From positions 5,031,366-5,095,365 of the forward strand of contig MU056050.1 in the NCBI GenBank assembly GCA_013239625.1: a stretch of DNA of 64,000 nt, given 5' to 3'. A model generated the notes under the pieces. It saw only the letters and a program-made list of their open reading frames with translations, ran no database searches and was not told the DNA's origin. The position numbers and the translations under genes are program-made. Source of the stretch: Lama guanicoe (taxonomy: Eukaryota). Shown here piece after piece: positions 25,505 through 39,454 of this stretch (position 1 is the first letter of the stretch; the number at the start of each line of letters is the position of its first letter).

Positions 25505-28052
25505 TTTACAGCCATGAGAGAATAATAGGGTCTCACTTTCCCTCTAAATTTTGACTAACTTGAGAACTGGACAGAATATATAAAACACTGGAAAACAGTT
25601 ATCACAGACATCAGGAAACAGACCTCACAGGATTGTACGCCCTGAAAAAAGGGAAACATTCAAGGTGAGACATGGAATTAGTTTAGATTTCAGCCTAGAG
25701 GTACCTCCAGACCATGCTACAGATTAGAGGAACCCAAAGAGACCCCGAAATTTTCGCATGGCAGAGGAGATAGAGATTGGAGTTTAGAGAGGCCACAATA
25801 ACTAGAAGTTGCAGGGCAGAATTTCGGAGAGAAGGAAGTTACAAAGAAAAAGAGCCCTATAAACTAGTGTAAGGGTCATATTAAATGTTTCACTTAATTA
25901 CATTTTGTACCTACATTTGGAGATATCACAAGAGTTTGGGAATATAATAACTTCCTGGGAGAAATATACTAGGGGAGAGTAAGGTTAACAATTCTCCAAA
26001 TTCAGGCAGGTCCATGGATCATTCAAGATCCCAACCTTGGGAGAATACACAAGGCATTCAGTAGAAATCCCAGAGGGATCACATATTAATGATGAGGGTA
26101 AATGAACCCTATATTATCAGCTATTCTGGGTCTGCCCTAGTGAAAAATGCTCCTTAAAAGGGTCAGACTTATTTCCAAGTAACTAACCTACCTACCAGAT
26201 CAAAGACTACCATCCTTCGAATAAATACAACAAATTCTGACTCACAAATGTCAAGTTAAAAATGTCTGTAATCCAATAAATCACTATTAGATATGAGAAG
26301 AAAAATGTGATTCATAAGCAGGAGAAATCTCAGTCAGTATAAACATACGCAGAAATGATAGAGGTTCTACTGTTAGCAGACAATATCTTTAAAATATGCC
26401 ATTGCAAATGTAGTCAATTATTTGTATTTACTGGAAAATAGAAGCTTAATGAAGAATACATAACAAAAATAAATAAGTGGAACTTTTAGAAACGAAAAAA
26501 AATTCTTATAGGATATACAAATTGTACTGGATAAGATTAATAGAGGTTTAGATACTCTAAGGAAAAAGGAAAAGTGTATTTGATCACACCACAATAGATA
26601 AATCACTTAATAAAAATAAGGTTAAAATAGAAAAAAAAAGAGATGGGGTAAAGAAAAGATGGGACAAATAGAAAGTAGATTTAAACCAATAATATCAATA
26701 AATATATTACATATACAAGTAAATCTCTAAATAACTGAGATGATATGATTGGATAAAGAAAAAGCAACACAAAGCTTTATTCTGTCTATAAGAAACTCAT
26801 TTTAAATATAAAGGAAATTTAGATTAAGAGCAAAAGTATTTTTAAAAGATATTTCAAACAAACACTAACCATAAGAAAGTTGGAGTGGCTATATTAATAT
26901 TAAACATTATAGACTTCAAAACAAAGATTATCACTAGGAATAAAGAGGAATATTTCATAATTATAAAGGAGTCATTTCACCAATAAGTCATAAAAACTCC
27001 TAATGCCCATGCACCTAATATATGACTCAGTAATATATATGAAGCAAAAACTGTCAACAGAAAAAAAATCCTCAGTTACATTTGAGTATTTCAACACTTT
27101 TTTTCTAAGTAATTGATTAAAAAGATAGGAATTTATAAAACTTAAACAACACTATAAAATAACTTAATTAACATTTATAGGACACTTTACCCAATAGCAA
27201 AAAAATCCACTTTCTTTTATAGGGCACGTATACTATTCATCTAGATAGATAGATTGGGTATAAAATAGTTCTCAATAAATTTAAGAGAAATGAAATCATA
27301 CATAATATTGTTTCTATAAATATGAAATTAAATTAGAAATGAAGAACAGAGAAATCATTGGGAACCTCAAATTATTTGAGAACTAAGCAGCACACTTCGA
27401 AATAGCCCATAGGACAAAGAGGAAGTCTCAAGGGAATTAATAAAGTATTTTAAAGATGTAGGAAATTGAAAATGTAACATATTGAAAGTTATAGTATGCA
27501 GCTAAAGTAATGCCAAGGGAAATTTATAGCTTTAAATGCTTCTATTAGAGAAAAATTATCAAAATAACAAAGTTTTGTGCTTCTCCTTTATGGTATTAGA
27601 AAAACAAAGGAGCGTGTTAGAATCAAATTAAGTTGGAAGAAGGAAACAGTAAAGAAAATGAGGGAATCATTGAAGAGATAACAGGCACCAAAAAGAAAAA
27701 AAAGAGAGAAAAACACCAAAACCAAGGACTGGTTCTTTGAAAAGTTCAGCATAATTTATATAATCTAGCTAAATGTATAAGGCAAAAGAAATGACACAAG
27801 TTACAAATACCAGTCATGAAAGAGGAAACATTGCTACCGATGATAAAAAAAGATTAAGGAGGGACTACTTTGAACAGTATTATGCACTAAATTTAACATC
27901 CTAGATAAAATGTTCAAATATTCTGAATGACATAAATTACCAAGACTAACTCAAGAGGAAATAGAAAGTCTAAATAGCTCTACCCCAATTTAAATATTAT
28001 TTTATTTTGACAAAGAAAATTCCAATGCCAATTGGCTTTACTGGTGGATTAG
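25505..28052 (+). mobile_element. Old L1M: 5' UTR, largely deleted ORF1 and ORF2 N-terminal part
   Basis: aagaaagttggagtggctatattaatat..tagacttcaaaacaaag (EN domain); tggttctttgaaaag; aattaccaagactaactcaagaggaaatagaaagtctaaatag. Confidence 0.8.
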
Positions 28053-30004
28053 CACAGAGTTCAACAATTATAGAATTAACTAATCAAAAATGAAAGAAGT
28101 GTCTTCAGAAACTCAAGTCTATTTTTATTTAATTAATGCCCATTATCATATAGCATATGTGATTTCAGTTCTGGGAAGAGAAACCCCAGGATTCATGAAA
28201 AACATTCCCAAAGTATGTCCCTAATGGGCAAATTCGTTGTCTATCTGCCATCAGTCAATTTATTTTCATTTATTATGTATTTATACAGAGCTCAGCTTTA
28301 AATGACAAGGTTACAGGTTATTCACATACTGACTGTTAGTTTAGCTTTCCTCCATAATCACAGTGACACCATCCCCTGAACAGGAATCATTAGTCCCAAT
28401 GATTACTGGACAAAATTTTTAAATCAAATCATATAATAAGATATTTGCAATTGGGTTTCCATCAGTTTAACGAACACGAGCAGGGGTAAGTGTGGAGTAT
28501 GTTAATTAAATGTGAACACAAATCATTATTAAAATATTTGTTTTAAAGTAGGTACATTTTGATGATTCACACTGTTATTCAATGTTACATTTGTCATTAG
28601 TGTTATGTGTGCCTTGCAAACTGTAGGGAAAAGTAGGATAACAAAATGGAAGAATGTGGTTCTTTAAATGTCATAAATAAGATTTTAAGGGTTAATGGAG
28701 TAAAAATGTTATTATACTACTGGAATAATAGGATGAGAAGACAATAGAAAAGGGGAGGGGAAACTTCACAATATTGTGGAACATCCATCTCACTCATATA
28801 AACAACAGTTGTCTAATATTTAAAGTTTACATTGTAGGGGGATCTATGAGTGTGACACCTGAAGAAAGATACTTAATTCCAATTTGGAGGAAATGCAAGG
28901 GAAGAAAGAAAGCAAGAAATTCAGCGTTTATAGCAAAAGACAGTTGTCCAGCAAAAGTAATAATGAGGAGCTGGAGGCAATCTTGCCAGTGTAAACATTC
29001 CTGCCTAGAAATCTGCAGAAATATTAGAGATTGCTTTGGAGTTTCCCCTGGGAAATTCAAACTTATCAAAATCTTAAAAGAGTGTTCCATATGTAAATTT
29101 TGATTGAGGAGCTCTGGACATTTTCCCTTGATGACATGAAGAAAAATAGAAATGTCTCCATGCATGTCTTTCTGATGTGCAGTATTCACAGGACAGAAGA
29201 GAAACCTATTGGGACACTTGTTTACTTAAGTTAATTCCTTTAATATTCAAATGCTATACTTTTTAATGATCAAATATTTCACATAAAATGTTTTTAATTG
29301 TGACATGTTTACTTACCAGTTTATTGTTATTTATATTATGGTTATTTAACTTTAACAGTATCAGAATAACATCAGATCCTCAGAGAGTTCTTGTAGGAGA
29401 GAAATTATGCAGTAAGAGAGCAAAAGAAAAAAAAGGAATTCTGTTCTTTGCCCCTCCCTTCACCTCTAGCTAATGCCTTGAAATGGAGGAAGCATTCTGT
29501 AATCTTCTAGATTTTTGCCAGTGTGTGAAAAAAAAACTCAAGACATTCTAACGTTCTTGCTGGTTACAAGAATAAAACAAGGCAGCATGTTTAGCCATCA
29601 CCCCAAACAGAAGACGTGAAGGGCAATAATTTCTTCCTTCTCTTCCTTCTCTTTCCATTAGCTTTGTTGGGAGTGGGAGAAAGCCAGGTTACAGAGAAAA
29701 ACAAGCCTTGTAGTAAGAATGTTACAGGCATACTCCATGATTAAGAAGTTGATTGGAAATTATCTAATATTTTGCCATATAACAAGGTGAATGAACATAA
29801 CATTTTCTATTTTTAGAAACATAAAAAGTACTTAATATGAGATTCTGTTTGAAATGTGAAAGTACAGTCTTTCTAAATCAAAATGTTTGAGAACCATCTA
29901 TTTGATGGCCACCACTAATTATGGTTTTAATATAGAAAACAGAATTGGCAAGTAAAACAGATGTCCCGTAAATTAAAGCATGTCTTAAGGTAATATATAG
30001 TAAT

Positions 30005-30175
30005 ATTAACAATAATAATTCAGAACATATTTTGATTCAAGGACTCTGCTAAATCACTCATTTCATTATCTTATTTAAACGTCACAAAAATATTTTGTCA
30101 TTCACATAGCTCAGGTGAGAAAATAAGGCCTAGAGTGATTTAGTTACTTGCCCAAAGTTCCAAGCTAGTAACTAG
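30005..30175 (-). mobile_element. MIR SINE
   Basis: caggtgagaaaataaggcctagagtgatttagttacttgcccaaagttccaagctagtaa. Confidence 0.65.
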
Positions 30176-30405
30176 ATGTGTGTGCATGCACATATTTACA
30201 GGTGGTAGGTTTCATGTATGTGTGTGTATGTGTGTAATCACATGTATGTTGCTGGAGTGGGTAGCAGGGAACAGAGCAAGCAAGGGATCATGAAAAGGCT
30301 TACATGTTATTCTGAGGAGCTTACAATTTATCCTATTGTCCTTTAATCCCCAAACCATGGCAGCCTTGATTCTGATTCAGGAGATCTGTGTTGGTCTTCA
30401 GAATG

Positions 30406-30538
30406 TATTTTTAATTTTTTGGTGGGAGAGGCAATTAGTTATTTATTTATTTACGTATTTAATGGAGGTACTGGGGATCGTACCCAGGACTTCATGCATG
30501 CTAAGCACACGCTTTACCACTGAGCTATACCCTCCCCC
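30406..30538 (-). mobile_element. tRNA-Ala-derived SINE, resembles camelid Vic-1
   Basis: Minus strand reads gggggagggtatagctcagtggtaaagcg..agcatgcatgaagtcctgggtacgatccccagtacctcca (Pol III A and B boxes, TGC anticodon loop), then (taaa)n and an A-rich tail. Confidence 0.85.
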
Positions 30539-30874
30539 TCACTGAGTTTTACTCTCCCCCTGTTTTAAAAATATACATATTTAAAATACATGTATTTTTA
30601 AATGTTGCTTTGAGACAACAGACAGGCATTCAATAATGAAGTTTCTACACAAATATGACATGACTAGGATTGAGTTTTATAAAATTAATTATTGAGAAAC
30701 GTTAAGAAAATGCATTGAGATGGAGTGACAGGTGTTATCATGCTTTTGCAGTAATCTAGTAAATTATGAAGGCCTCAAATAAGGTAACAAAAGTGGCAGA
30801 GGGAATAGAAGTCAAGGATGTGATTTTGATGATGTTAATGGAGGAAAATGGTGTTAAGAATATTGACTTAATGT

Positions 30875-31063
30875 CAGCCACTATATATAAAAATAGATTT
30901 TAAAAAATTTATTCTGTATGGCACAGTTAAATATATTCAATATCTTATAATAACCTTTAATGAAAAAGAATATGAAAACAAATATGCATATGCATGGCTG
31001 GGACATTGTGCTGTACACCAGAAACTGACACATTGTAACCGACTATACTACAATTAAAAAAAA
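30875..31063 (+). mobile_element. Short L1 3' end (cetartiodactyl type) with poly(A)
   Basis: Homologous to 11495-11700; degenerate flanking direct repeat aagaatattgacttaatgt / aagaatattcatttgattt. Confidence 0.85.
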
Positions 31064-31109
31064 AAGAATATTCATTTGATTTAGGTCCTTGTGCTCCCAA
31101 ATACTTAGT

Positions 31110-31646
31110 GCAGAGTCATGGGCTAGGTACTTAACTGTAAGTCTTGGTTTCCATATTTGTAAAATGAAGACTGTACAATATCACATTTAGGGAATGATAA
31201 GAAATATAACATAGGTAAGTAACCTTTGTTTTCAATGAGGTAGGTTCTATTACCATACTTATGTATTTGGGCAAGGAAAATAAAGTTGAGAGGTTAAATA
31301 TCATTATTTTTAAGGTCAACCAACCAATACAATGAGGAGTCAGAATTCAAGATCAGGTAATCCGAATCCTTCATTTCAAGATCGTTGGCTAGAAATGAAG
31401 AACAGACCAGATTGTTAAAAATCGGATTATAAAATAACACAATAACAACAAAACAATAACATCTAACACTTATAGAACACTTACCATACAGGTTTACAAA
31501 CTTTCTACATATTTAATTCACAGAGTAGACTTTATAAAATAGACATTATTAGCCTCACTTTAATGATAAAAAAACTGAATTAAGAGAGAATGAATAACCT
31601 GCTACCAATAACCCACCAAAAAGTGGCATGGCCAGGATTTAAACCA
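31110..31646. mobile_element. Cluster of three MIR fragments (+ ~31110-31225; - ~31240-31370; - ~31450-31646)
   Basis: ggtttccatatttgtaaaatgaag; gagaggttaaat..aaggtca..gagtcagaattcaa; aagtggcatggccaggatttaaacc. Confidence 0.55.
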
Positions 31647-33369
31647 CTAAATGAACTGATAGTACACAAACATACACACAAATAGTTACATGTAAATTTC
31701 TGAAATTATTCCCCACAATTATTCTGATTTTGTACCCAAGAATTCATGACACATATTCTGATTGGACTTTTTTTTTAAACTTTTCTCTTGCCAAGTTTCA
31801 GCAAATTGACTTCCAAAAATTATCTACAACATAATTAAAACAACCCTTATTAATGTCATATTTATAAAGAAACCCTTTGGTGAAATGAGTAGCCTCCAGC
31901 TTTGGAAGCAATCACAATAAAGGCTGTCAATACTCATTAACTGCTTTATGTGCAGAAAGACAAAAATAAGTTACTAAGTAAAGTGCCTTGAATGGTAGAA
32001 TACTCTATAAAATACTGTAATCTGTTTCTGATCTAGAAAATTAAGAATGGATTAATGACCCAAGACTGCCAAGAAGTGGTACACAAGAAGGCTTAAAGTC
32101 CTTTGTTTCTTTAAAGCTACTTCAGTTTATATCTAATGTGGGAAAACCCGTCTCTGAAATTATCTGTGGAAACTGAATAGAAATATCTTAAGGAAATAAA
32201 GAGTCTTGATGCAAATGAGAATGAAAATCTTTGTAGAAAAAGTACTGGATTGAAATTAATCTATTGGTTCTAAGACTAGTTTTATTACTAACTGAGTGAA
32301 CGTAGACAAATCACAATCTGTGAAATTGGAATAATAATTTATTTTCCATCTACAAAATGTGTTATTCTGAGATTCAAAATTAGATCTTCCCCACAAAGCA
32401 GCTCCTTCCTTAAAACATCCTCATTACTTTTAACGGTACGATTGGTTACTATTTGCATTTTCCTCTTCCCACGCACACGAGAATCTAGCTGGTAGCTCAT
32501 TCCTGCTGATTTCTCATCCATAATATGTGTTGAATATGTAAATTATTTTTCTTAATCACCGACACTACTTTAGAAGTGGCCTGCAGAAGCATGCTGTAGA
32601 AGCGTATAGGTTGCCTCCAGTATAAATTGGAAACACTTTAGCGTCAATTTACAATCTTACTTTTTAAGGCACCCCTTCACAGATTTGTTATTTTCAATAC
32701 GTTATCCAAACAAAATTAGAAAACAAGCCAAGATTAATTGTATTTAACTTTACTGTCCCATCAGCTACTTTGTAATATTAATCCCAGTCAGGAATGCGGT
32801 CAGAAATTAGAGCAGATTCTCTGCCCTCAATTTTCCATCTAGGTTATCTACCCCTTTATTTAAACTTCACTTTTGTTCTTACCCTGTTTATGTGGCTAAA
32901 TCACTCCTAATTTTTCTCTCTTCACACATCAGTTCTAACTCTCAGAGTGGATTTGCTGAATTATCAGTGTAGCTGAGTGATTATTTTATGTCCTGCTTCC
33001 ATTGCCCAAGGAAGGTGTGTCAAACTTCACCTTCCCCTCAAGTTCCATACCCTCGATCCTAGAGGTTATTTTTTTTCTAAAAGAAAATAGGGATAGGAAA
33101 CTTACTCAATATTGTTTTCCTCCATCTTTTAACCCACTTTATTTTCCTCCTGTCTCTATGTTTGCTGTTTTTTTGTTGTTGTTGTTGTTTTCTTTTCACT
33201 TGAGTTTATCCCCTCTGAACTTTTGTTTCCCTCTCCGTCAATAATCACTACTTTCTCATACCCTCAATTCACCCCTTCTTTATCAGCTTTTATACATGCT
33301 TAAATCTCTCCTACCTTAAAACAAGCAAATGCAATAGATACACATGCACACGCAGTTACACAAACCCGT

Positions 33370-33870
33370 TGTAAATAGGCATTCTCAAACATTGTGAAAC
33401 TGTAAATTTGGATACTTATTTTAAAGGATGTATGCTAATATCTACCAATATTTTAAATGTCAATACCTGGTAGCCTAGTAAATTATAACTTTGGCAACTT
33501 TGTCTTACAGAAATGCCCATACAAAGGCCCAGATACTTATTTTCAAGCGTAGATTAGGTTCCCTGCAAGAGCAAAAACATTAGAATCTATCCTAATTAGC
33601 CATAGTAGGAGAATGTTTAAATGAATTATATTTTATTTATACTATTAAAAGACTGTCACTAACAAAAATAATGGAGTAGAAACAAATATATTAACACAGG
33701 ATGTTCTCTAATGTACATTAAATTTTAAAATCTCATAACAATAATAAGGTATAATAATTGAGATTATAACAAAAAAATGTATGTGGGCCAGACAGGATGA
33801 CAAATGAGACTTTTCCATTTTTACTCTTCCTATTGAATTTGTACAGTGAGCTAAATCTTTATAATAATTG
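33370..33870 (+). mobile_element. L1ME-type 3' fragment
   Basis: aaataggcattctcaaacattg; catagtaggagaatgtttaaatgaattata. Confidence 0.5.
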
Positions 33871-34284
33871 CCTCTGTGTGCATATATGTATGTCTTGAAA
33901 ATATGTATTATTTTCCCAGATACTTTATTCCCCTATTTTCCGATCATCACATAGACTTTTGAAAATATTTGCTTTTTGATTTTTGTATTAATTCATAATT
34001 GACTTAACAATAATTATGTTAGTTTTCAGTATACAACTTAGCAATTCAATATTTTTAGATGTTATACTCCATGCAATGTTATTAATATCTATTTAACTAT
34101 GTTCCCTTGCTGTAAATTACATTCTTATAATTTGTTTATTTTATTCATAACAGTTTGTTCCTCTTTATTCTCTTGACCTGTTTTGCCCCTTCCCCTCCCC
34201 ACTCCCCTTTGGCAATGACTAGATTATTCTCTGTAACTGGGAATCTCTTTCTGGTCTGTTATATTTGTTCCTTTGTTTTATTTT

Positions 34285-37130
34285 TTAGATTCCACATATA
34301 AATGATATCATACACTATTTGTCTTTCTCTGTCTGACTTATTTCACTAAGCATAATATCCTCCAGGTCCATAGATATTGTTTCAAATAGCAAAATTTCAT
34401 TCCTTTTTATGTCTAAGTAACATTCCATTATATATATATATATATATCACATCTTCTTTATTTATTCATCTGTTCATGGACACTTGGGTTGCTTCCCTAT
34501 GTTGACTTTTGTAAATAAGGCTGCTATGAACATTGGGGTACCTATATTATCTTTCCAAATTAGTGTTGTTGTTGTTATTATTGTTTTAATGTATACCCAG
34601 GAGTAGAATTGTTGGGTCATATGGTAATTCTATTTCTAGTTTTTTGAGAAACTTCCATACTGTTTTCCCAAGTGAATGCACCAGTTTACACTCCTACCAA
34701 AAGTGTATGAGCGTTCCCTTTTCTCCATATCCTTGTAAACGCTTGTTATTTGTGGTCTTTTTGATCACAGCCATTCTGACAGGTGTGAGGTGATATCTCA
34801 TTGTGCTTTTGATTTGCGTTTCCCTGATGATTAGCAATGTTGAGCATCTTTTCACATGCCTATTGGCTATCTGTATGTCTTCTGTGGGAAAATGCCTATT
34901 CAGGTCTTCTGCCCATTTTTATTCTGGTTGTTTTTGTGATACTGAGTTGTATGATTTCTTTGTATATTTTGGATATTAACTCCTTATTGGACATGTTGTT
35001 TACAAATATCCTCTCCCATTGAGTAGGTTGCCTTTTTGTTTTGCTGATGATTTCCTTGGCCATTCAAAAATTTTTAAGTTTAATTAGGTTCCATTTGTTT
35101 ATTTTTGCTTTTCTTTCCCTTACTTAGGGAGATATATCCCCCAAATATTATTAAGAATGATGTCAAAGAACATACTGCATATGCTTTCTTCTAGGAATTT
35201 TATTATTTCAAGTCTTACATTTGTTTCTTTCGTACATTTGATTTTTTTTCATTTGATTTTATTTTCGTTTATGGTATGACAAAATGTTTTAGTTTCATTC
35301 TTTTACACATAGCTGTCCAGTTTTCCCAGCACCATTTATTGAAGAGACTTGCTTTTTCCTATTGTATATTCTTGCCTTTTTTGTCATAGATTAATTAACC
35401 ATATGTATGTGGGTTTATTTCTGGGCTCTCAGTTCTGTTCCATTGATCTATGTCTCTGTTTTAGTGCCAGTACCGTGCTGTTTAGATTATAGTAACTTTG
35501 TAGTACAGTCTGAAGTTGGGGAGAATGATACCTCCAGCTTTGTTCTTTTTTTCTCAAGATTACTTTGGTTATTCAGGGTCTTATGTGGCTTCATAAGAAT
35601 TTTAGGATTATTTGTTCTAGTTCTGTGAAAAATGTCATGGGTGTCTTGACAGATGTTGCATAAATATGTAGACTGCTTTGTGTAGTATGGACATTTAACA
35701 ATATTAATGCTTCCAGTCCATTAACACAGGATAGTGTTCCATTTATTTATATCATCTTCAATTCCATTATCGTTGTCTTCTAGTTTTCAGAGTACAGGTC
35801 CTTAACCTCCTTGGTTAAATTTATTTCTAGGTATTTTTTTTCTTTTTAATGCAATTATAAATGTGGTTGTCTTTGTGAATTCTCTTTGTTATAGTTTTCT
35901 ATTAGTGCATAGAAATGCAACAGATTTATATATATTAATTTGTGTTCTTCAACTTTGCTGAATTCATTTATTACTTCTAAAAGGTTTTGGTGGAGACTTT
36001 AGGGTTTTCTGTATATACTATTATGCCATCTGCAATACTGACAGTTTTATTTCTTTCCTTTCAATTTGGATGTGTTTTATTTTTTTTTTCTTTTCTGATT
36101 GCTGAAGTTGGGCGATCCTACACTGTGTCATACAGAAGTGGTGAGAGTGGGCATCCTTATCTTATTCCTGATGTTAGAAGAAAAGCTTTCAACTTTTCAC
36201 AACTGAGTATGATGTTAGCTGTGAGTCTATCATAAATTGCCTGTATTATGTTGAGATGTATTCCCTCTATACCAACTTTGTTGAGAATTTTTATCATAAA
36301 TGGATGTTGAATTTTGTCAAATGCTTTTTATGCTTCTGTTGAGATGATCATGTGATTTTTATCCTTCATTTTTTAAATGTAGTGTGTCACATTGATTGAT
36401 TTCTGAATATTGAAACACCCTTGCATCCATGGAATAAATCCCATTTGCCTATGATGTATGATACTTTTTATGTATTGTTGAATTCCATTTACTAATATTT
36501 TGTTGAGGATTTTACATCTATGTTCATCAGAGATATTGGTCTGTAATTTCTTTTTTGGATTGTGTTTGTCTGGTTTTTGTATCAGGGTAATGCTGGAATG
36601 AGTTTGGAAGTGTCCTCCTCTTCAAGTTTTTGAAAAAGTTTAAGAAGGATAGGTATTAAATTTTCTTTGAATGTTTGGTAGAATTTCCTTCTGAAGCTGT
36701 CTGATCCTGGACTTTTGTGTGTTGGAAATTTAGCGATTACTGATTCAACTTCATTACTAGTAATTGATCTGCTCAGATATTCTATTTCTTTCTGCTTCAG
36801 TCTTGGAAGATTGTATGTTTCTAGGAATTTATTCATTTCTTCTAGATCGTCCAATTTGTTAGTATGTAACTGTAGTATTCTCTTATAATTCTTTGTGTTT
36901 CTGTGATATTGGTTGTAACTTTTCCTCTTTTATTTTTTATTTTATTTGGTCAATCTTTTTTTCTTAGTAAGTCTATCTGAAGGTTTATCAATTTTATGTT
37001 TTCAAAAAACAGCTCTAAGTTTCATTGGTCTTTTTATATCGTTTTTTAAAACAATATATTCCCTTATTCTGCTGACTTTGGCCTTTGTACTTCTTTTTCT
37101 AATTCCTTTAGATGGAAAATTAGGTTTTTG

Positions 37131-37161
<31 letters not shown>

Positions 37162-38079
37162 GAGATTTTTCTTGTTGCTGAGGTAGTCCTGTATTGCTGT
37201 AAACTTCCCTCTTAGAACTCCTTTTGATGTGTCTTATAGACTTCAGAAAGTTATATTTCCATTTTCATTTGTCTCAAGATATTTTTTGATTTCCTCTTTA
37301 ATTTCTTCATTGACTCATTGGGTTTTTAGTAGCATATTGTTTAGTCTCCATGTCTTTGTGTTTTTACCATCTTTCTTCTGGTAATTGATTTCTGGTTTCA
37401 TACCATTGTGGTTAGAAAAGATGCTTGATATAATTTCAATCTTCTTAAGTTTATTTAGAGGTTTTTTTTTTAATGGCCTAGCATATAATCTATCCTGGAG
37501 AACATTCCACGTGCACTTGAAAGAATGTGTATTCTGCTGTTTTTGGATGGCATTTCTCTAGATATCTATTAAGTAATCTGGTCTTTTTTGTCATTTAAGA
37601 CTACTTTTCCTTATTGATTTTCCTGTCTGGATAATCTATCCATTGATATAATTGGGGTGCTAAAGTTCCTTACTATTATTATCATCAATTTCTCCATTTA
37701 TTTTTGCTAATATTTGCTTTATGTATTTAGGTACTCCTATATTCGGTGCATACATGTTTATAAATATATCCTATTCTTGGATCACCCCTTTATCATTATA
37801 TATTGCCCTTCTTTGCCTTTTGTTGTAGACTTTGTTTTAAAGTCTGTTTTGTCTGATACGAGTATTGCTACTGCATTTTTTTCTTTCCATTTGCATGGAG
37901 TGTCTTTTTTCTATCCCTTTACTTTCAGCCTGTATGTGTTTTTAGCTCTAAAGTGAATCTCTTATAGGCAGCATATAGACGAGTCTTGCTTTTCTATATT
38001 CAGCCATCCTATGTCTTTTGTTTCAAGCATGTTTTCACTTACATTTAATGTGTACTCATAGGTATGTACTTGTTGCCAT
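34285..38079 (-). pseudogene. L1 ORF2 (endonuclease/reverse transcriptase), disrupted by many stops and frameshifts
   Basis: Start atggcaacaagtacatac at 38079; ORF 36582-36854 DDLEEMNKFLETYNLPRL..KSPGSDSFRRKFYQTFKENLIPILLKLFQKLEEE matches ORF2p; ends ..tgtggaatctaa at 34285. Confidence 0.85.
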
Positions 38080-38563
38080 TTTGTTACTTGTTTTCTGGTT
38101 GTTTATAGATCTTCTATGTTATTTTCCCTCTTCTTTTATTCTCTTCCCTTGTCGTTTGGTGATTTTCTTTAGTACTGTGGTCCTTTTCCCTTTTGTGTAT
38201 GTGTATCTGTTTTTAAATTTTTGATTTTTGGTTACCATGAGGTTCATTTGTATGTCTATATCTATAATGTTACTTGTTTTCAACTTACAGTTGTTTAACT
38301 TCAAACACATTCTAAAAAGTTCTACATTTTTAACTCCCCATGCCCTTGCCACATTTTATGCTTTGGTGTCATAGTTTATGTCTTTATATGTATCCCTTAA
38401 CTGTTTATTGTAGTTGTAGTTGAGTTGATAATTTTTGTCTTTTAACCTTTGCAGTAACTTATTTAAATGGTTGGTCCACTGCTTTTACTATATATTTACC
38501 TTTACCAGTGAGAATTTTTTCTTCAAATGTTTTCTCATTTCTTGTTGTAAATTTTTTTCTCAC

Positions 38564-39454
38564 TTAAAGAAGATCCTTTGACATTTCTTGTAAGGCCCAT
38601 TTGATGTTGATAAACTCTTAATTTTTGCTTGTCTGGGAAACTCTTTACCTCCCTATCAATTCTGAATGGTAGCCTGCTGGGTAGAGTATTCTTGATTGTA
38701 GTTTTTTTTTTTTCCTTCCAGCATTTTAAATACATTTTACCACCCCATTCTGGCTTGCAAAGTTTCTGCTGAAATATCAACAGATAGATATCAACAGATA
38801 GTCTTATAGAGGTTCCCTTTTATATGAGTCTTCACTTTCCTCCTGGTACCTTTAAAATTCTCTCTTTATTTTTTGCCATTTTAATTATGATATGTCCTGG
38901 TGTGAGTCTTTTTGGTTTAATCTTATCTGAGACTCTCCGTGCTTCCTAGACTTAGATATCTGTTTCCTTCTTCACATTTGGAAAGTTCTCAGCCATAATT
39001 TCATCAAATATATTTTCTGCCCCTTTTTCTCTATCTGTTCCTTCTTGGGACCCTTATAATGTGAATGTTAGTATGCTTGATGTTGTCCAAGAGGTCCCTT
39101 AAACTATCCACATAATTTTTTTTTCTATTTTCTCTTCTAATTGGGTGATTTCCACTATTTTGTCTTAAGGTCACTTATGCATTCTTCTGTATCACCTAAT
39201 CTGCTGTTAATTCCTTCTAATATATTTTCATTTCATTATTGTATTCTTCAGCTCTAATTGATTCTTTTTTTTATATTTTCTGGTTCTTAAAGTTCTTACT
39301 GTGTTCCTTTATTCTTTTCCTTTGTTCAGTGAGCAATTTTATGTCTATTTCTTTGAACTCTTTATCAAATCATTTACTTATCTCTGTTTCATTTGAGTTT
39401 TTCTGGGATTTTATCTTGTTCTTTCATTTGGATCATACACCTTTGTCCCCTCAT
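38564..39454 (-). pseudogene. L1 ORF1 (RNA-binding protein), disrupted
   Basis: N-terminus MRGQRCMIQMKEQDKIPEKL; C-terminal remnant PSRLPFRIDREVKSFPDKQKL in ORF 38535-38780. Confidence 0.8.

Noticed and set aside
30462..30538. tRNA-Ala gene
   Set aside because: Has a SINE-type (TAAA)n/A-rich tail and substitutions in the B box and stems; it is a tRNA-derived SINE
36582..36854. Reverse-transcriptase-associated ORF as an active or novel RT system
   Set aside because: Ordinary L1 ORF2 fragment; flanking frames contain multiple stops and frameshifts
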